A stretch of DNA of 63,013 nucleotides, the filler included, from Trichomonas gallinae (lineage: Eukaryota), in assembly GCA_008369845.1 (NCBI GenBank). It is 7 parts of 7 records of this genome, joined end to end, with 100 filler letters (N's around TTAATTAATTAA, not from the genome) between each part and the next. Parts side by side here need not be neighbours in the genome. Positions count along the whole stretch, not along the records: positions 28,196 to 45,212 come from MRSU01000566.1; positions 45,313 to 49,737 come from MRSU01000570.1; 5 more parts are not named here. One strand, written 5' to 3'. The translations under genes and the position numbers were made by a program. Every line of letters begins with the position of its first letter. The first letter of the stretch is position 1. Below the pieces are notes generated by a model. That model saw only the letters and a list, made by a program, of their open reading frames with translations. It made no database searches and was not told the DNA's origin. Positions 36,343-47,349 of the stretch are shown here, piece by piece.

Positions 36343-38403
36343 ATGACCCTTTCCGCCTTTTTCGTTGATAGATGCCATAAGGACGGATTCTCTGTTTTTA
36401 TGTCGCCAGAGAAGATGGCCCAACTGTCATTCAGAGAAGGTCAGATAGTTCGCATCAAATCACAGACAAAAGAATCATTACTCGTCAAATTGTACTCTTC
36501 CAAAGAAGAGTGCCCGATCTCAAATATTCAAGTCCCCCTTTCTGTGAGAAAGAACATCCATACTTATCTCGGGCAGACGGTTATTGTCGAAGCGGCAGAA
36601 AAAGTTGCCAATGCAGAAGTCGTCATTTTCTCAGCTGTTTCTGAGACAGTTGAAGGCATTGATGGTGCTTTAATTGATTTGTTATTCGCTTCTAACTACG
36701 AATTCGTAGGAATGCCAGTTCGCCGCGGTATGGTTATCCCCGTTTACGCACTTAACCGTGTCATCGAGTTCAAGGTTGTTAGTTGCTCTCCGGATGCAGA
36801 AGTCATCATCAAAGATAAAGAAATTATCGCATATCGTGATTCATCAATAAATCGTGAAAATATCAACTTTTCATTAGTGTCGTACGATTCATTAGGCGGA
36901 GTTAACAAAGAAATCGGTCAAATTCGCAAATTAATCGAAATTCCTTTATTACAGCCAAAGTTCATTGCTTCATTCGGTGTTCGCCCAACATCTGGCATCC
37001 TCATCACAGGACCGTCAGGATCCGGCAAGTCTTATATCGCTAAGGCTATGTCCAATGAAACTCCTTGCTATTTCGAATATATCAAGGGCATTGACTTATT
37101 AACACGTCCACCTGCTGAGGCAGCATTTATTCTCAAGAGACTTGTCGACAGAGTCTTAGAAAAAACTCCGGCAATTTGCTTCATCGACGACATTGACTTG
37201 ATTTGCCAGCCCATTTACTTCACCGATAACGCTGCTGATAACCACCTTTCTAATGCTTTACTTTCAGCAATTGACCGCTGCATCGATCATCCAAATATTG
37301 TTTTCATCGGAACAGCCAAGTCTCCAGAGTCAATCCCGAAGGACTTCAGACGTGGCCGTCGTCTTGACAAGATCGTTAACATCCCATTACCAGATCAGGC
37401 CGCAAGAACCGAAATTATCCGCTGCTCCATCAGAAATACATTACTCAGCTCAGCAACAACACCAGAAGATCTCGTTGAGGGCACAGATGGTCTCACAGCT
37501 GGCGATCTCGCTAGAACATGCCAGATGGCATTGATGCACCGCGCAATGGAAATTGTCCAGCAGCAGACAACCGACGCAGATTTCTCCATCGAAACATTAC
37601 AGAGCATTGTTGTCGGCAAGAAGCGTTTTCAGAAGCTTTTGCCACAAAGAGATCCAAATGCAGTCAGAATGGATCCATTCGGCGCTAACAGAGGCTCAGA
37701 CCCATTCGGAGGAATGCAGTCCAACAAGAGCACTGATCCATTTGGCGGTCTGCAAAATAAGAATTTCGATGATCCATTTGCAGGTATGAATGCCAACAAA
37801 GGAGGTGCAAGCCCATTCGGTGGTGCACCAAACAACAACGACGACCCATTCGGTGGAGCTCCTTCTAAGCCGAAATCAGTTGATCCATTCGGCGACATGT
37901 CAGCTCCAAAGAAGACCGACGACGACCCATTCGGAGACTTCAGAATGGCACCAAAGCAGCCACCGAAGACAATCGATCCATTCGGCGCAGCACCGGCAGC
38001 TGCTAAGGGATCAGATCCATTCGGCGGAATCGGCAGCGATCCATTCAGTGCTCCAAAGAAGGCAGAGCCGAAGACTGATGACATGTTCGGCGCTCCACCA
38101 AAGGCAGCTCCAAAGAACGACGACCCATTCGGTGCCCCACAAAAGCCGGCAGCTTCTGATCCATTCGGCGGTGCAAGCAGTGACCCATTCGCACCAAAGA
38201 AGGCCGCCGCTCCAAAGAATGATGACCCATTCGGCGCTGACCCATTCGGAGCTCCACAGCAAAAGCAAGCCGCTGACCCATTTGCTAATATGCAGAAAGT
38301 CGATTTAAAGCAGGCAACAATTGACGAAAAGAATAAGCAAGCACAACAAGCACACCAAGATCCAGCAAAGCTCGATCCATTTGCACCAAGAAAGAAGAAA
38401 TAA
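36343..38403 (+). CDS. CDC48/p97-derived protein: N domain, one degenerate AAA domain, DPF-repeat tail
   Basis: VRKNI, IEFKVV, YDSLGG, LIEIPL, GILITGPSGSGKS, FIDDID; 17 DPF motifs in place of D2. Confidence 0.9.
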   Translation: MTLSAFFVDRCHKDGFSVFMSPEKMAQLSFREGQIVRIKSQTKESLLVKLYSSKEECPISNIQVPLSVRKNIHTYLGQTVIVEAAEKVANAEVVIFSAVSETVEGIDGALIDLLFASNYEFVGMPVRRGMVIPVYALNRVIEFKVVSCSPDAEVIIKDKEIIAYRDSSINRENINFSLVSYDSLGGVNKEIGQIRKLIEIPLLQPKFIASFGVRPTSGILITGPSGSGKSYIAKAMSNETPCYFEYIKGIDLLTRPPAEAAFILKRLVDRVLEKTPAICFIDDIDLICQPIYFTDNAADNHLSNALLSAIDRCIDHPNIVFIGTAKSPESIPKDFRRGRRLDKIVNIPLPDQAARTEIIRCSIRNTLLSSATTPEDLVEGTDGLTAGDLARTCQMALMHRAMEIVQQQTTDADFSIETLQSIVVGKKRFQKLLPQRDPNAVRMDPFGANRGSDPFGGMQSNKSTDPFGGLQNKNFDDPFAGMNANKGGASPFGGAPNNNDDPFGGAPSKPKSVDPFGDMSAPKKTDDDPFGDFRMAPKQPPKTIDPFGAAPAAAKGSDPFGGIGSDPFSAPKKAEPKTDDMFGAPPKAAPKNDDPFGAPQKPAASDPFGGASSDPFAPKKAAAPKNDDPFGADPFGAPQQKQAADPFANMQKVDLKQATIDEKNKQAQQAHQDPAKLDPFAPRKKK

Positions 38404-38812
38404 ATCTTGAGAAGAAAAATATTTTGTTGTATAAGTTCGTAAAGGTTTTAAATTCCATTTTCTATGACAGAAATACGATTTCTCCAAATATGAACTTTTT
38501 TTATTGATTTTTTGACACTTTACATCAAAATTTGACGATTGATTTTTACAAAAATATTTGACACTTTACATTTGACAATTAACCTTTTCGTTGATACTTG
38601 ACAATAATCCATTTTATGGATCTCATTTGATGGTTAAAGTGCCACTTGATATAATGTAACTTCTGCTACTGTTATAGATTATTATTTTGGTAATTATCAA
38701 TCATAATAGTTAATATTAGTCGCAGAACTATTCAAAAAGAAGTTTGCTAATTGTTTATTTTTTCAAAAAAATATTTTACATGACAGATTTGACGTGTAAA
38801 ATTTCATTTTTA

Positions 38813-39364
38813 ATGATGTTCATTTTCGCTAATTTTGGACGATCAGCTATTACATATCCTGTATGTAACCGTGGCACCGGAGTTCCAGTGTGTGAAGAAG
38901 TTGAATGGGATATGACCAAGTCTGCAATTCCATGCAATCGCCTTCCGAATGAATATAGATACTGCACAGTTCATGGACTTGATAAATTCAACGAATACTT
39001 CGGTAGAAACTCAAGCACTTCGCTCCCTAAAGATGGATGCAATTCCGACTTTTCAAATATTAACTCGTTTGGAACAGGAGTTTGCAAACCAGCTGAAGGA
39101 ATTCAATGTCTTGGTGATAAATACTGGATAGTTACAGATGCCAGATGCTTCAGGGATGGAGATGAATCATATATTACTTTATTGTTATGCTCAATCTTCT
39201 TCGGAATTTTTGGAGTCGACAGATTCCTTCTTGGAAGCCCAATCCTTGGTATAGTCAAGCTTTGTACAATTGGTGGTGCCTTCATCTTCTGGATTGTCGA
39301 CATTTTCCTAATCGCTCTTGGAAAACTTCAGCCACTTGGTGCAGCCTTCAAGAACTCGTACTAA
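38813..39364 (+). CDS. TM2-domain protein (TM2D-like)
   Basis: Signal peptide, Cys-rich ectodomain, SIFFGIFGVDRFLLG..GIVKLCTIGG..WIVDIFLI; TCATTT before ATG 38813. Confidence 0.9.
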   Translation: MMFIFANFGRSAITYPVCNRGTGVPVCEEVEWDMTKSAIPCNRLPNEYRYCTVHGLDKFNEYFGRNSSTSLPKDGCNSDFSNINSFGTGVCKPAEGIQCLGDKYWIVTDARCFRDGDESYITLLLCSIFFGIFGVDRFLLGSPILGIVKLCTIGGAFIFWIVDIFLIALGKLQPLGAAFKNSY

Positions 39365-39689
39365 GATTGAAATTAATACTGCATTAATTGTCAATATTTT
39401 TCAATGTTGTTGTTTATTTGTATTTAAAAACCTTCTCAATAAATTTCGATCACAATTAAAACCATCATAAAATTCTATAACGTCATGAATTTGGTCTTAT
39501 CACATACAAAAATGACCAAATATAAACAAATCATGGTCATCTTTGAAAAATTAATTTTATTTCACGTATAAGTTTAAATTTACATTCAGATATGAGTTTT
39601 CTGGGTTTAAATCGCAATGATTATTAAAATAATAATATATAAATTCAAAAAAAAAAATATTATATTAAAGAATTATAAACTATTTTCAT

Positions 39690-41504
39690 TTAATCTTCCC
39701 ATTCACAATCTTCATCAACAAGAGCAGCTTTCATTGCATTAATTCCAGACACTTCTTCAAGGAATCCTGGTTCAGTCAATGCTTTGAGGATGAAATTCCA
39801 TCCTTCGTTCTTCCAGCCGTTGACGATGTTTTCACTGCAAGCTACGCAGTTCTTGAATGGCTTTCCAACCATCGGCAGCAGCTGCCATGAGTGTAAGAAG
39901 CAGCGCAGTTGGTGAGGTACTGATCCCAGCACAGAGTCGCCGTCTCCTGGGCAGTTTAATCCCTCGGCGCTTTGAACGACAGAAGCCCAAAGTTCGACAC
40001 CGTAGCTTGAAGCCATTGGAGCAATTCCAGGCCTAGTGACTGTGCATTGCATGTCGAGTGTCCTGTCTGTCATAGTGTCAGTAGGAGCGATGACGTCGTT
40101 GCAGAAGTAGCAGCCTAAATCTTTGCATCCACATCTTACGACAGAAAAAGTGTCGAATCCCAAAGCAACAGAAATGCAAAGTTTTTCTGCCGCTGTTGCC
40201 AAAAGCGTTGGAAGCCAGCGGCTTTCTCTTGTGTCTGTGAGCAAGAATGTGCAGTCGCACTCCTTGATGAGGCTGTCTAACTTCTCTACGTTCTGTCTTG
40301 TGCGTTCGTATTCGACTGGAGCTAAAGCGTGGCCGGGCATAGGAATGGGCATTTCTATCGCTTCTGCTTCAACATCTGGGCAGCATCGTTTGAGTTCTTC
40401 AGCTGCAGCTACTGCCTTGCTGCGGCCACCATTCAAGCAGTCGTTGAAAGTGAACAAACTCTGGCGAGGTGGATTGGAAAATGAAACTTTTCCGTAATCA
40501 ATTAAAACGAATTTTCTGACGCCCCAACCCAACAAGAAACGGGCAACATTGCAGCCGAGTGTGCCGCATCCGATAAGGAGGACCTTCTGGGACTGAAGCT
40601 TTTGTACATCGAGCTGTGGGCAAAGTCTCCATTTCATTAATCTGAGATTTAATGATGTTGCTGCTGTAAAGAGTTGCATTGGGTCCATTGTTGCTGATAG
40701 GTCGACAAAGTGGGCTGTTTTCTTTGGTGTAAGATTCCAGCCTGTGAATTTTGTGTTTTCGAGATCAATATCTCCGACTTCGAGAGTGAATTTGGCCGGA
40801 TCATTGTTCAAACGGATAATTTTAACTGTTTTTGTCTTGAAAGTGTGCGAAATCGCGATTGTTAAAAGTTTCGCTGGCCAGCCAAGATTTGCTGTGGTAG
40901 ATGGATCAACAACAATGAATGTTGAATCTGCTTTAGCTTCTGTGAGTGGAAGAAGTGTGTTATTTGGGCCTAAAACATAAACCCAATCGGAATAAATTGA
41001 TTGTTGTGATAAATCTTCGACTTCTGGTGTTACTTCTTTGGATATAACTTTAACATCTGTTATATTCGGATTTGGAAATGCAAAACAGTAGGTATACTGC
41101 CAATGTTTCAGATCTCCGAAAACTGTTATTGCAGATTTGAGTAAATTGGAAGGATTCTTTATCCAATCGCCAGAATTTATTGTATTGATAATATTAGCCT
41201 TGAGTGAAGCCATGATTCCGTTTCTATCAAGATTTTTGAATTCAACTTTTGTATTTGATAAGTAAACAGTAATCGGAAATGTGCCAACTACATTCAGATA
41301 GTGAACATCGCGTATTTCTTTAGTTGGATTGAACGAATCTTCATTAATGAACGCAAATGATTTCACACCGCTTGTTCTTCCTGCCTGAAAGTAAGCGTTT
41401 ATATCAAAGGGTGTTTCATCAAGCATTTTGTCGTTGAGTTTTACCTTGTTTATCGCATACCAAAAAGAAGGCTCGATTAATGAACTGATATTCTGGAAAC
41501 TCAT
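39690..41504 (-). CDS. ATG7: E1-like autophagy enzyme
   Basis: LNLRLMKWRL, GCGTLGC, VSFSNPPRQSLF, IPMPGH, DTRESRWLP, LGCYFCND, DRTLDMQCTVTRPG, VPHQLR. Confidence 0.97.
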   Translation of the reverse strand: MSFQNISSLIEPSFWYAINKVKLNDKMLDETPFDINAYFQAGRTSGVKSFAFINEDSFNPTKEIRDVHYLNVVGTFPITVYLSNTKVEFKNLDRNGIMASLKANIINTINSGDWIKNPSNLLKSAITVFGDLKHWQYTYCFAFPNPNITDVKVISKEVTPEVEDLSQQSIYSDWVYVLGPNNTLLPLTEAKADSTFIVVDPSTTANLGWPAKLLTIAISHTFKTKTVKIIRLNNDPAKFTLEVGDIDLENTKFTGWNLTPKKTAHFVDLSATMDPMQLFTAATSLNLRLMKWRLCPQLDVQKLQSQKVLLIGCGTLGCNVARFLLGWGVRKFVLIDYGKVSFSNPPRQSLFTFNDCLNGGRSKAVAAAEELKRCCPDVEAEAIEMPIPMPGHALAPVEYERTRQNVEKLDSLIKECDCTFLLTDTRESRWLPTLLATAAEKLCISVALGFDTFSVVRCGCKDLGCYFCNDVIAPTDTMTDRTLDMQCTVTRPGIAPMASSYGVELWASVVQSAEGLNCPGDGDSVLGSVPHQLRCFLHSWQLLPMVGKPFKNCVACSENIVNGWKNEGWNFILKALTEPGFLEEVSGINAMKAALVDEDCEWED

Positions 41505-42219
41505 AATAAAAAATGATTTTTTATAAATATCGCAGACTTAGAAACATAACTGAAACGAAAAAGCAAACAAATAAATTTGATTAAAATAATTTTCAATCTC
41601 GGATCCGATTTCGAATAGTTTTGATATTGAAACAGTTTAACACAATTAGAATCTAATTGATATGATTGCACCATTTGGTATAAAATTGAAATAATTCCAA
41701 ATCAAAGATTTATTAGCAGTTAGACCACGATCTGGTTTGCTATTATAATTCCGACTCGAATTTTATCTATGAAACTGAATAGCAAACTTTGATACATCAT
41801 ATTTTGAATTCTTTCATTTTTTTTTTTTTTTTTTCTATCATAGAAGTGTGCAAATATCAACAAACTTGAATAGCAGCTATACTAACATATGTGAGAGGTT
41901 CTAAGGCTGTTATACATAAAAAATTTAAATATTTGAGGTGATCACATTCATGATTTCCCTCATTACACAGTGAAACAATATACAAATATTTTGAATAATA
42001 GTAAAAACATGTATATATTTAATTGAAAAAAGATTTTTCCCAATTTTGCATCACGAATGTAATTCAAAATTTATTTTGATCGAAATTATCCTAGCAACGA
42101 TTTAGTCTGAATCAAAGGTCGGCCATGTGACATAATGAATTGATATTGAAACATAAAGTGTGAAAATCTCTCTATCAATAGTTGGTGAGTGATGATTTAA
42201 TGAAATATACATATATAGT

Positions 42220-43587
42220 TTATAAAGAGTTTGTAGAATCAGGAACTTCGATATCATAAGGATCAAAATTAGGCGTGCAATGTTCACCCAAGAATTCAAG
42301 CATTTTATCAAGGTTTCTAGGCCCACCGTAAGGAACAGCTGTCTTATTTGTTGAACTATAGAAGTAAAGTGAAGGATATCCGCCTTTTTGTGGAATTATT
42401 GAAGGAATTTCGTTTATGTCAGCTTCAATATAGGCGCAAACGCATTTTCCTTCAAGAATGTCAGCTATTTGTGACAGAATTGGAAGTAATTCGTGACAAT
42501 GATGGCACCATGTCGCTGTAATTGCAAGAAATACATCTTTTCCTTCTTGAAAAACAATATCTTCTACGTTAATGCCAACAGCTCTAACTACATTCTGCAT
42601 ATATGGATCTTGTTCTGTTGGAACTGGCTGAGAAACTAATGAATAATTTTGAATTCCAAGGGAAATGTTCGAAAGAAATTCTGTTATATAGGTTTGATCT
42701 AATAGGTTCTGTCTAGGAATAATACACCATCTCTTGTTCGTTCTGTTGAGATCACTTGTATTTAATACAAAGAAATAAGGTGGTAGAGCTTTATGAAATG
42801 ATCCTGCTTCTACTATATATGATGCATCATTAGCCGAGATTGCTGTGAAAAAGAAATGACTAAATTCCTGTTTTTCACTCAATTTATGAACAATTTCTAA
42901 ATGAAGTTGATTTTCAGATGCATTGGCTGGATCAAGGATGTAACCAGCTAAGAACTGACGCTCTGTTATGCGGATTCCTTTAGGATGAACAACATTTGAA
43001 TGTAAAACAGAATTTATATCAGTAACAGGTTCAATTGTTTGGAAAATTGGGTGGTATGAATATAATCCCTTCGTAAGATTGACGTTAAAAGCTTCAAATT
43101 GTTTTGAATTAGCAAAATATAAATGAGTATTTTGAGGGAAGTCAGTTGGAACTGTTTCATCATCTATATTGAAAAATACTGGCTTGGTAGATTCGAATAA
43201 TAAACGAATATCTTCAGAATTCTGTATTTTATGAATATAACCATCTAAAATGTGCGAAATCCAACGTGTAAACTTAATCGATTGTGTTTTTGGTTTCTCA
43301 GTTTGAACTATGCTTCCGTTATTAAATGTTATTACACAAGGATATGAATTGCATTTATATTGTTTTGAGATATTTGATGAAGAAAAGCCAAAATTCACGC
43401 TATTCTTGTATCTATTGATGCCATACCATGCATACTTTATCTGATCATAATTCTCGGCGAATAATAAAACATTTATTCCAGGAGAATTTGTGAAATCTGT
43501 GATGTTTTCGTCCGTATATCGCTTCAGAATAGCTTGGAGTCCTGTGTGATCAGTAACTCTCGTTGCTAAAAGAAAGAAATAATTCAT
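42220..43587 (-). CDS. Protein disulfide-isomerase-like thioredoxin protein
   Basis: Signal peptide MNYFFLL; C-terminal ATWCHHC..GYPSLYFY..YGGPR; upstream inactive Trx-like domains. Confidence 0.85.
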   Translation of the reverse strand: MNYFFLLATRVTDHTGLQAILKRYTDENITDFTNSPGINVLLFAENYDQIKYAWYGINRYKNSVNFGFSSSNISKQYKCNSYPCVITFNNGSIVQTEKPKTQSIKFTRWISHILDGYIHKIQNSEDIRLLFESTKPVFFNIDDETVPTDFPQNTHLYFANSKQFEAFNVNLTKGLYSYHPIFQTIEPVTDINSVLHSNVVHPKGIRITERQFLAGYILDPANASENQLHLEIVHKLSEKQEFSHFFFTAISANDASYIVEAGSFHKALPPYFFVLNTSDLNRTNKRWCIIPRQNLLDQTYITEFLSNISLGIQNYSLVSQPVPTEQDPYMQNVVRAVGINVEDIVFQEGKDVFLAITATWCHHCHELLPILSQIADILEGKCVCAYIEADINEIPSIIPQKGGYPSLYFYSSTNKTAVPYGGPRNLDKMLEFLGEHCTPNFDPYDIEVPDSTNSL

Positions 43588-45030
43588 GAAATGAGATCTA
43601 CCGGAAAAATATATTTTACATGTCAAATATTTCGGAAATATGACATGTAAATTATTCGATATATTATCCATGCAAAAAAAAACGTTAATTAATCCGGAAT
43701 TGGCTAAATATTATATTGTTTTTGCTACATCAATATCAAGATAATGTATCAAATTTTGCTACCATACAGTTAATAGAGATAACAAAGCATGAAAACTTAA
43801 TATGTTTCATATTATAATGAAACATTATTAATTATTATAAATATGAGTATAATATATAAAATAAGTTAATTTTACTGATTTATTTTTCGAAAATTGCTTT
43901 TTAATTTTTCAATTTTTTCATATTTGCAAGAATTTATAGTAAAAGTTATATGATTCTCAAGTTGTTTTTTTAAAGATCCATTGCCTTGAATTGATCGAAG
44001 ATGGCTTAGTTAGAAGTTTTTCGGTGAATAGAAAATTATAGCAACAATATTTTTGAAAAATCAATAAAATCTACATGAAATTTAAGTTATATTTTATCAT
44101 AGGAATTAGCTCTATAATCTTATCTATGGATATGTGCTGTTAAAAGACTAGTTATCCATTGCAAAAATATTCTTTAAGAGTATCAATATTAGTTAACATG
44201 AACTTTATATTAGAGAAATATCATGTATTGTATTGTGGCTACTTATAAATAGCATAAATGGCCGATAAATTAAAGATTTCAGATAACATAAAAATATCTT
44301 TGCAGAACAAGTAGTAGTGAATGAACAATATCATTTGTTATTCAAAAGTAATAGATTCATCAAATAGAAATGGCATCATTAGGCTGTTCATCATTTCGCG
44401 ATTTCAAACTAACTGAAATAATATTTTGCTGTGTACATTCTATTACACACAACCTACAATATACGAATATAGGTCTGGATAACCTTGATTTCAATAATAT
44501 TGCTTGGAACCGATCTTAGTGAATAAGTGTCACTTTTTAAATGATTTGCATTATTCGTTATGATCGTATTTTTTTAGTTATTTATCATTAGTATGAAGAA
44601 CTAAACAATAGGAAGAAGGATGGATTTTTCAATAAACTGATGGAAATTTTTCTTTGTCATTGAATATTTGAATATTTCAAAGGAGAAATGCTCCACTATG
44701 ACGAGGTATATAACCCTTTTATTATAGTAACAATAAATAATTTTCCAAAAAAATATTTTCATCAAACAACTAATATAATTAATGGTGTGAATTCTATATA
44801 ACATAATATCTAGAGTATATGGTAATAATTTGGGATTTTTTAAACTTTTCATAACAAAACAAACAATTTTAACAATTGTGTTAATTCTGTTTTATAATGT
44901 GTTAATAAGCATATTAATCAAGATTAAAACAATGATTGTTTAATGCAAATTGAAAATTGAGAACCGATCGCATCTACAATTGAAATATTTGAGAATCGTT
45001 TTATGTTGGGTGACTGACTTCATTTTTTAG

Positions 45031-45212
<182 letters not shown>

Positions 45213-45312
45213 NNNNNNNNNNNNNNNNNNNNNNNNNNNNNNNNNNNNNNNNNNNNTTAATTAATTAANNNNNNNNNNNNNNNNNNNNNNNNNNNNNNNN
45301 NNNNNNNNNNNN
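45213..45312. other. Artificial contig linker
   Basis: N44-TTAATTAATTAA-N44. Confidence 0.98.
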
Positions 45313-45392
45313 TTTTATAATCCAAAAAGGCTTCATTTGTAGGACCGATAAGATTTTAACGTCATTTCTATCGTCGTTTCTACACCTCTTAA
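45313..45392 (-). mobile_element. Putative Kolobok-like transposon end at a TTAA site
   Basis: Contig begins with 76 bp ending CTACACCTC|TTAA; the reverse strand reads TTAA|GAGGTG. Confidence 0.45.
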
Positions 45393-45393
45393 A

Positions 45394-46860
45394 TTAATGA
45401 TATAAATCAGGTGAAAATGGAAGAAGATCAGCACGACATATAGGGCAAATCGGCTGTTCCTGCATCCATCGAAGCAAGCAATTCCTGTGGAAAGGATGTC
45501 CACAAGGAGTTACCATAGTTTGTTCTCCATCTTCTATGTTGCAAAGGCAAATTGCACATTCGCTATTTGGAGGTACTGGAATTGACTCATAATCGAAAGA
45601 TTTTGGCCTCATTGAAGCTGGCAGGAAGAATTGTCCTCCATAATAATTCAAAATTAAAATGCAAATGAGTTGAACGATTAATACGCAGATAAATATGATA
45701 GAACTTGTTGGTGCATGCATTTCTTCTAGGTTATTCTTATATATTCCGAAATACCAAATTTGAATTATTCTAACTAATGTAACTAATGATATTCCTGGTG
45801 ATGAGATGATATTAAACTCATTTCTCTTAATAGATCTGAATATTTGTGGAATGAATTGCGATTCTATTAAGAAAATAGATAAAATTGGAAATTCAAAAAC
45901 AAGATTTGATGCAGAAGTCATTAGAAGCATTGAAATAGACACTAAAGTAAAGAAAGATACCCATTCACGACGAATGTTTTCTAAATTGTTGTTAATATTT
46001 GCAATAACTTGAGTTTTCCAGACATTAAATAAAATACCAATTTGAATGCTAAAATAGATGAACACATTTGCTGTATAGAGGAATATGAACATTACTGATA
46101 CATTAGGGAAGTTATTGGAAACATTAAAGGCATATAAAGCAAAATTATAATCAAAGCTAAGACACATGACTAATGAGTAAACCGACAGTTTGTTTAGCTG
46201 ATTTGGTGATCTAGCATTCTGTTCAATTAATCTATATGCATAATAATTTAATATGGTAATAAAAGCAACAACGACACCAAATATTTTGCACTCTTTAATG
46301 AATTCTATATGATCGAAATATTCTAGTTTGAATGTCAAATTGAATTTACAAGTTATGCAATTTCCAATGTATTTTTTTCCAGGGTGAAATTTCGTATTTT
46401 TCTTGTATGTAAGATTTCTATGCATTTCCAATCCGATTAGAGATACATTTGGAGCTTGAGTTTGTAATAATCTTGAGAATTTTTCAGTGGCTACAGTGAT
46501 ATTAGGATAAAAATCTCCATTTTCGGTGAGTAATGATTTCTTTGCTAATTTTAAGAGCGACGACATGTTAATTTGTTTTGTTGTGTAAAAGTTGAAAAGT
46601 AAAATATTATCGGAATCGGGATATTTCATTCCAAATATTTTAATTGGCGGTTTATCGAACTTGACTTTAGTTCCATTTTGGAACCATAAGTCTGCAATGA
46701 AAATATTTTCGTAATCAACAAGAACATTGTCGTATTCCACTAAATTTAAGTGCGCTTCTTCTTTGATCACAATACTTCCTACATCTGGAACTGATGCTGA
46801 CCATTTGCCAATGTATAACTTGGCACTGCGAAGCTCAAAAAGTTGCAACATATTTTTCAT
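45394..46860 (-). CDS. Multi-pass membrane RING-H2 E3 ligase (Tul1-like)
   Basis: Several TM segments, SQFIPQI, GGQFFLP, CAICL..VTPCGHPFHRNCLLRWM..CPICR; TCATTTT before ATG 46860. Confidence 0.88.
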   Translation of the reverse strand: MKNMLQLFELRSAKLYIGKWSASVPDVGSIVIKEEAHLNLVEYDNVLVDYENIFIADLWFQNGTKVKFDKPPIKIFGMKYPDSDNILLFNFYTTKQINMSSLLKLAKKSLLTENGDFYPNITVATEKFSRLLQTQAPNVSLIGLEMHRNLTYKKNTKFHPGKKYIGNCITCKFNLTFKLEYFDHIEFIKECKIFGVVVAFITILNYYAYRLIEQNARSPNQLNKLSVYSLVMCLSFDYNFALYAFNVSNNFPNVSVMFIFLYTANVFIYFSIQIGILFNVWKTQVIANINNNLENIRREWVSFFTLVSISMLLMTSASNLVFEFPILSIFLIESQFIPQIFRSIKRNEFNIISSPGISLVTLVRIIQIWYFGIYKNNLEEMHAPTSSIIFICVLIVQLICILILNYYGGQFFLPASMRPKSFDYESIPVPPNSECAICLCNIEDGEQTMVTPCGHPFHRNCLLRWMQEQPICPICRADLLPFSPDLYH

Positions 46861-47349
46861 TCTTGGGGATTCCCAAAAAAATGACAAAATTTCTGACACG
46901 GATTCAAAATTGAAAGAATTGATATTAATTTTTGTCATCATTCTGACATTCTGACAAATTTTCCATTTCAAATCTCCTCCGTGAAATAGGGAAAAAAAAT
47001 CCCTCTATAACCCATAACAACCCGGCTACCTTAGACTATAATACATAGATGAATCCATTCTTCAGCTATAATTTATATAAATAATTGAAATCAAACAAAA
47101 ATTATGATGTTATTGCATTTCAAAAAGTTTGTTATGGACCATCGCAAATTGAGTTTTCCAAACCAATTTGACTGCTTTTATATGGTAAACATTGTCTGGG
47201 ATATATAATACCTTGACTATCATGTACTTTATCAATTATATGAGCGAAACTAGCAATAATGGCCTGAAACTTTATAAATGGAGGAAGATGCAAAAGTCTC
47301 TTACAGACAATCTGCAAGCTAGAGACAATTAAAAAAAAAATCAAAATGT

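Noticed and set aside
37253..38308. Multiple overlapping alternative-frame and antisense ORFs
   Set aside because: Shadows of the GC-rich GAYCCATTCGG repeats that encode the DPF tail
41712..41742. Hairpin TAGCA..AGACCA-CGATC-TGGTT-TGCTA as an ncRNA
   Set aside because: Short and imperfect, with no tRNA, snoRNA or snRNA hallmarks
47132..47344. 70-aa ORF between the E3 and helical-repeat genes
   Set aside because: Non-ATG start only 6 bp from the upstream gene's stop; no motif
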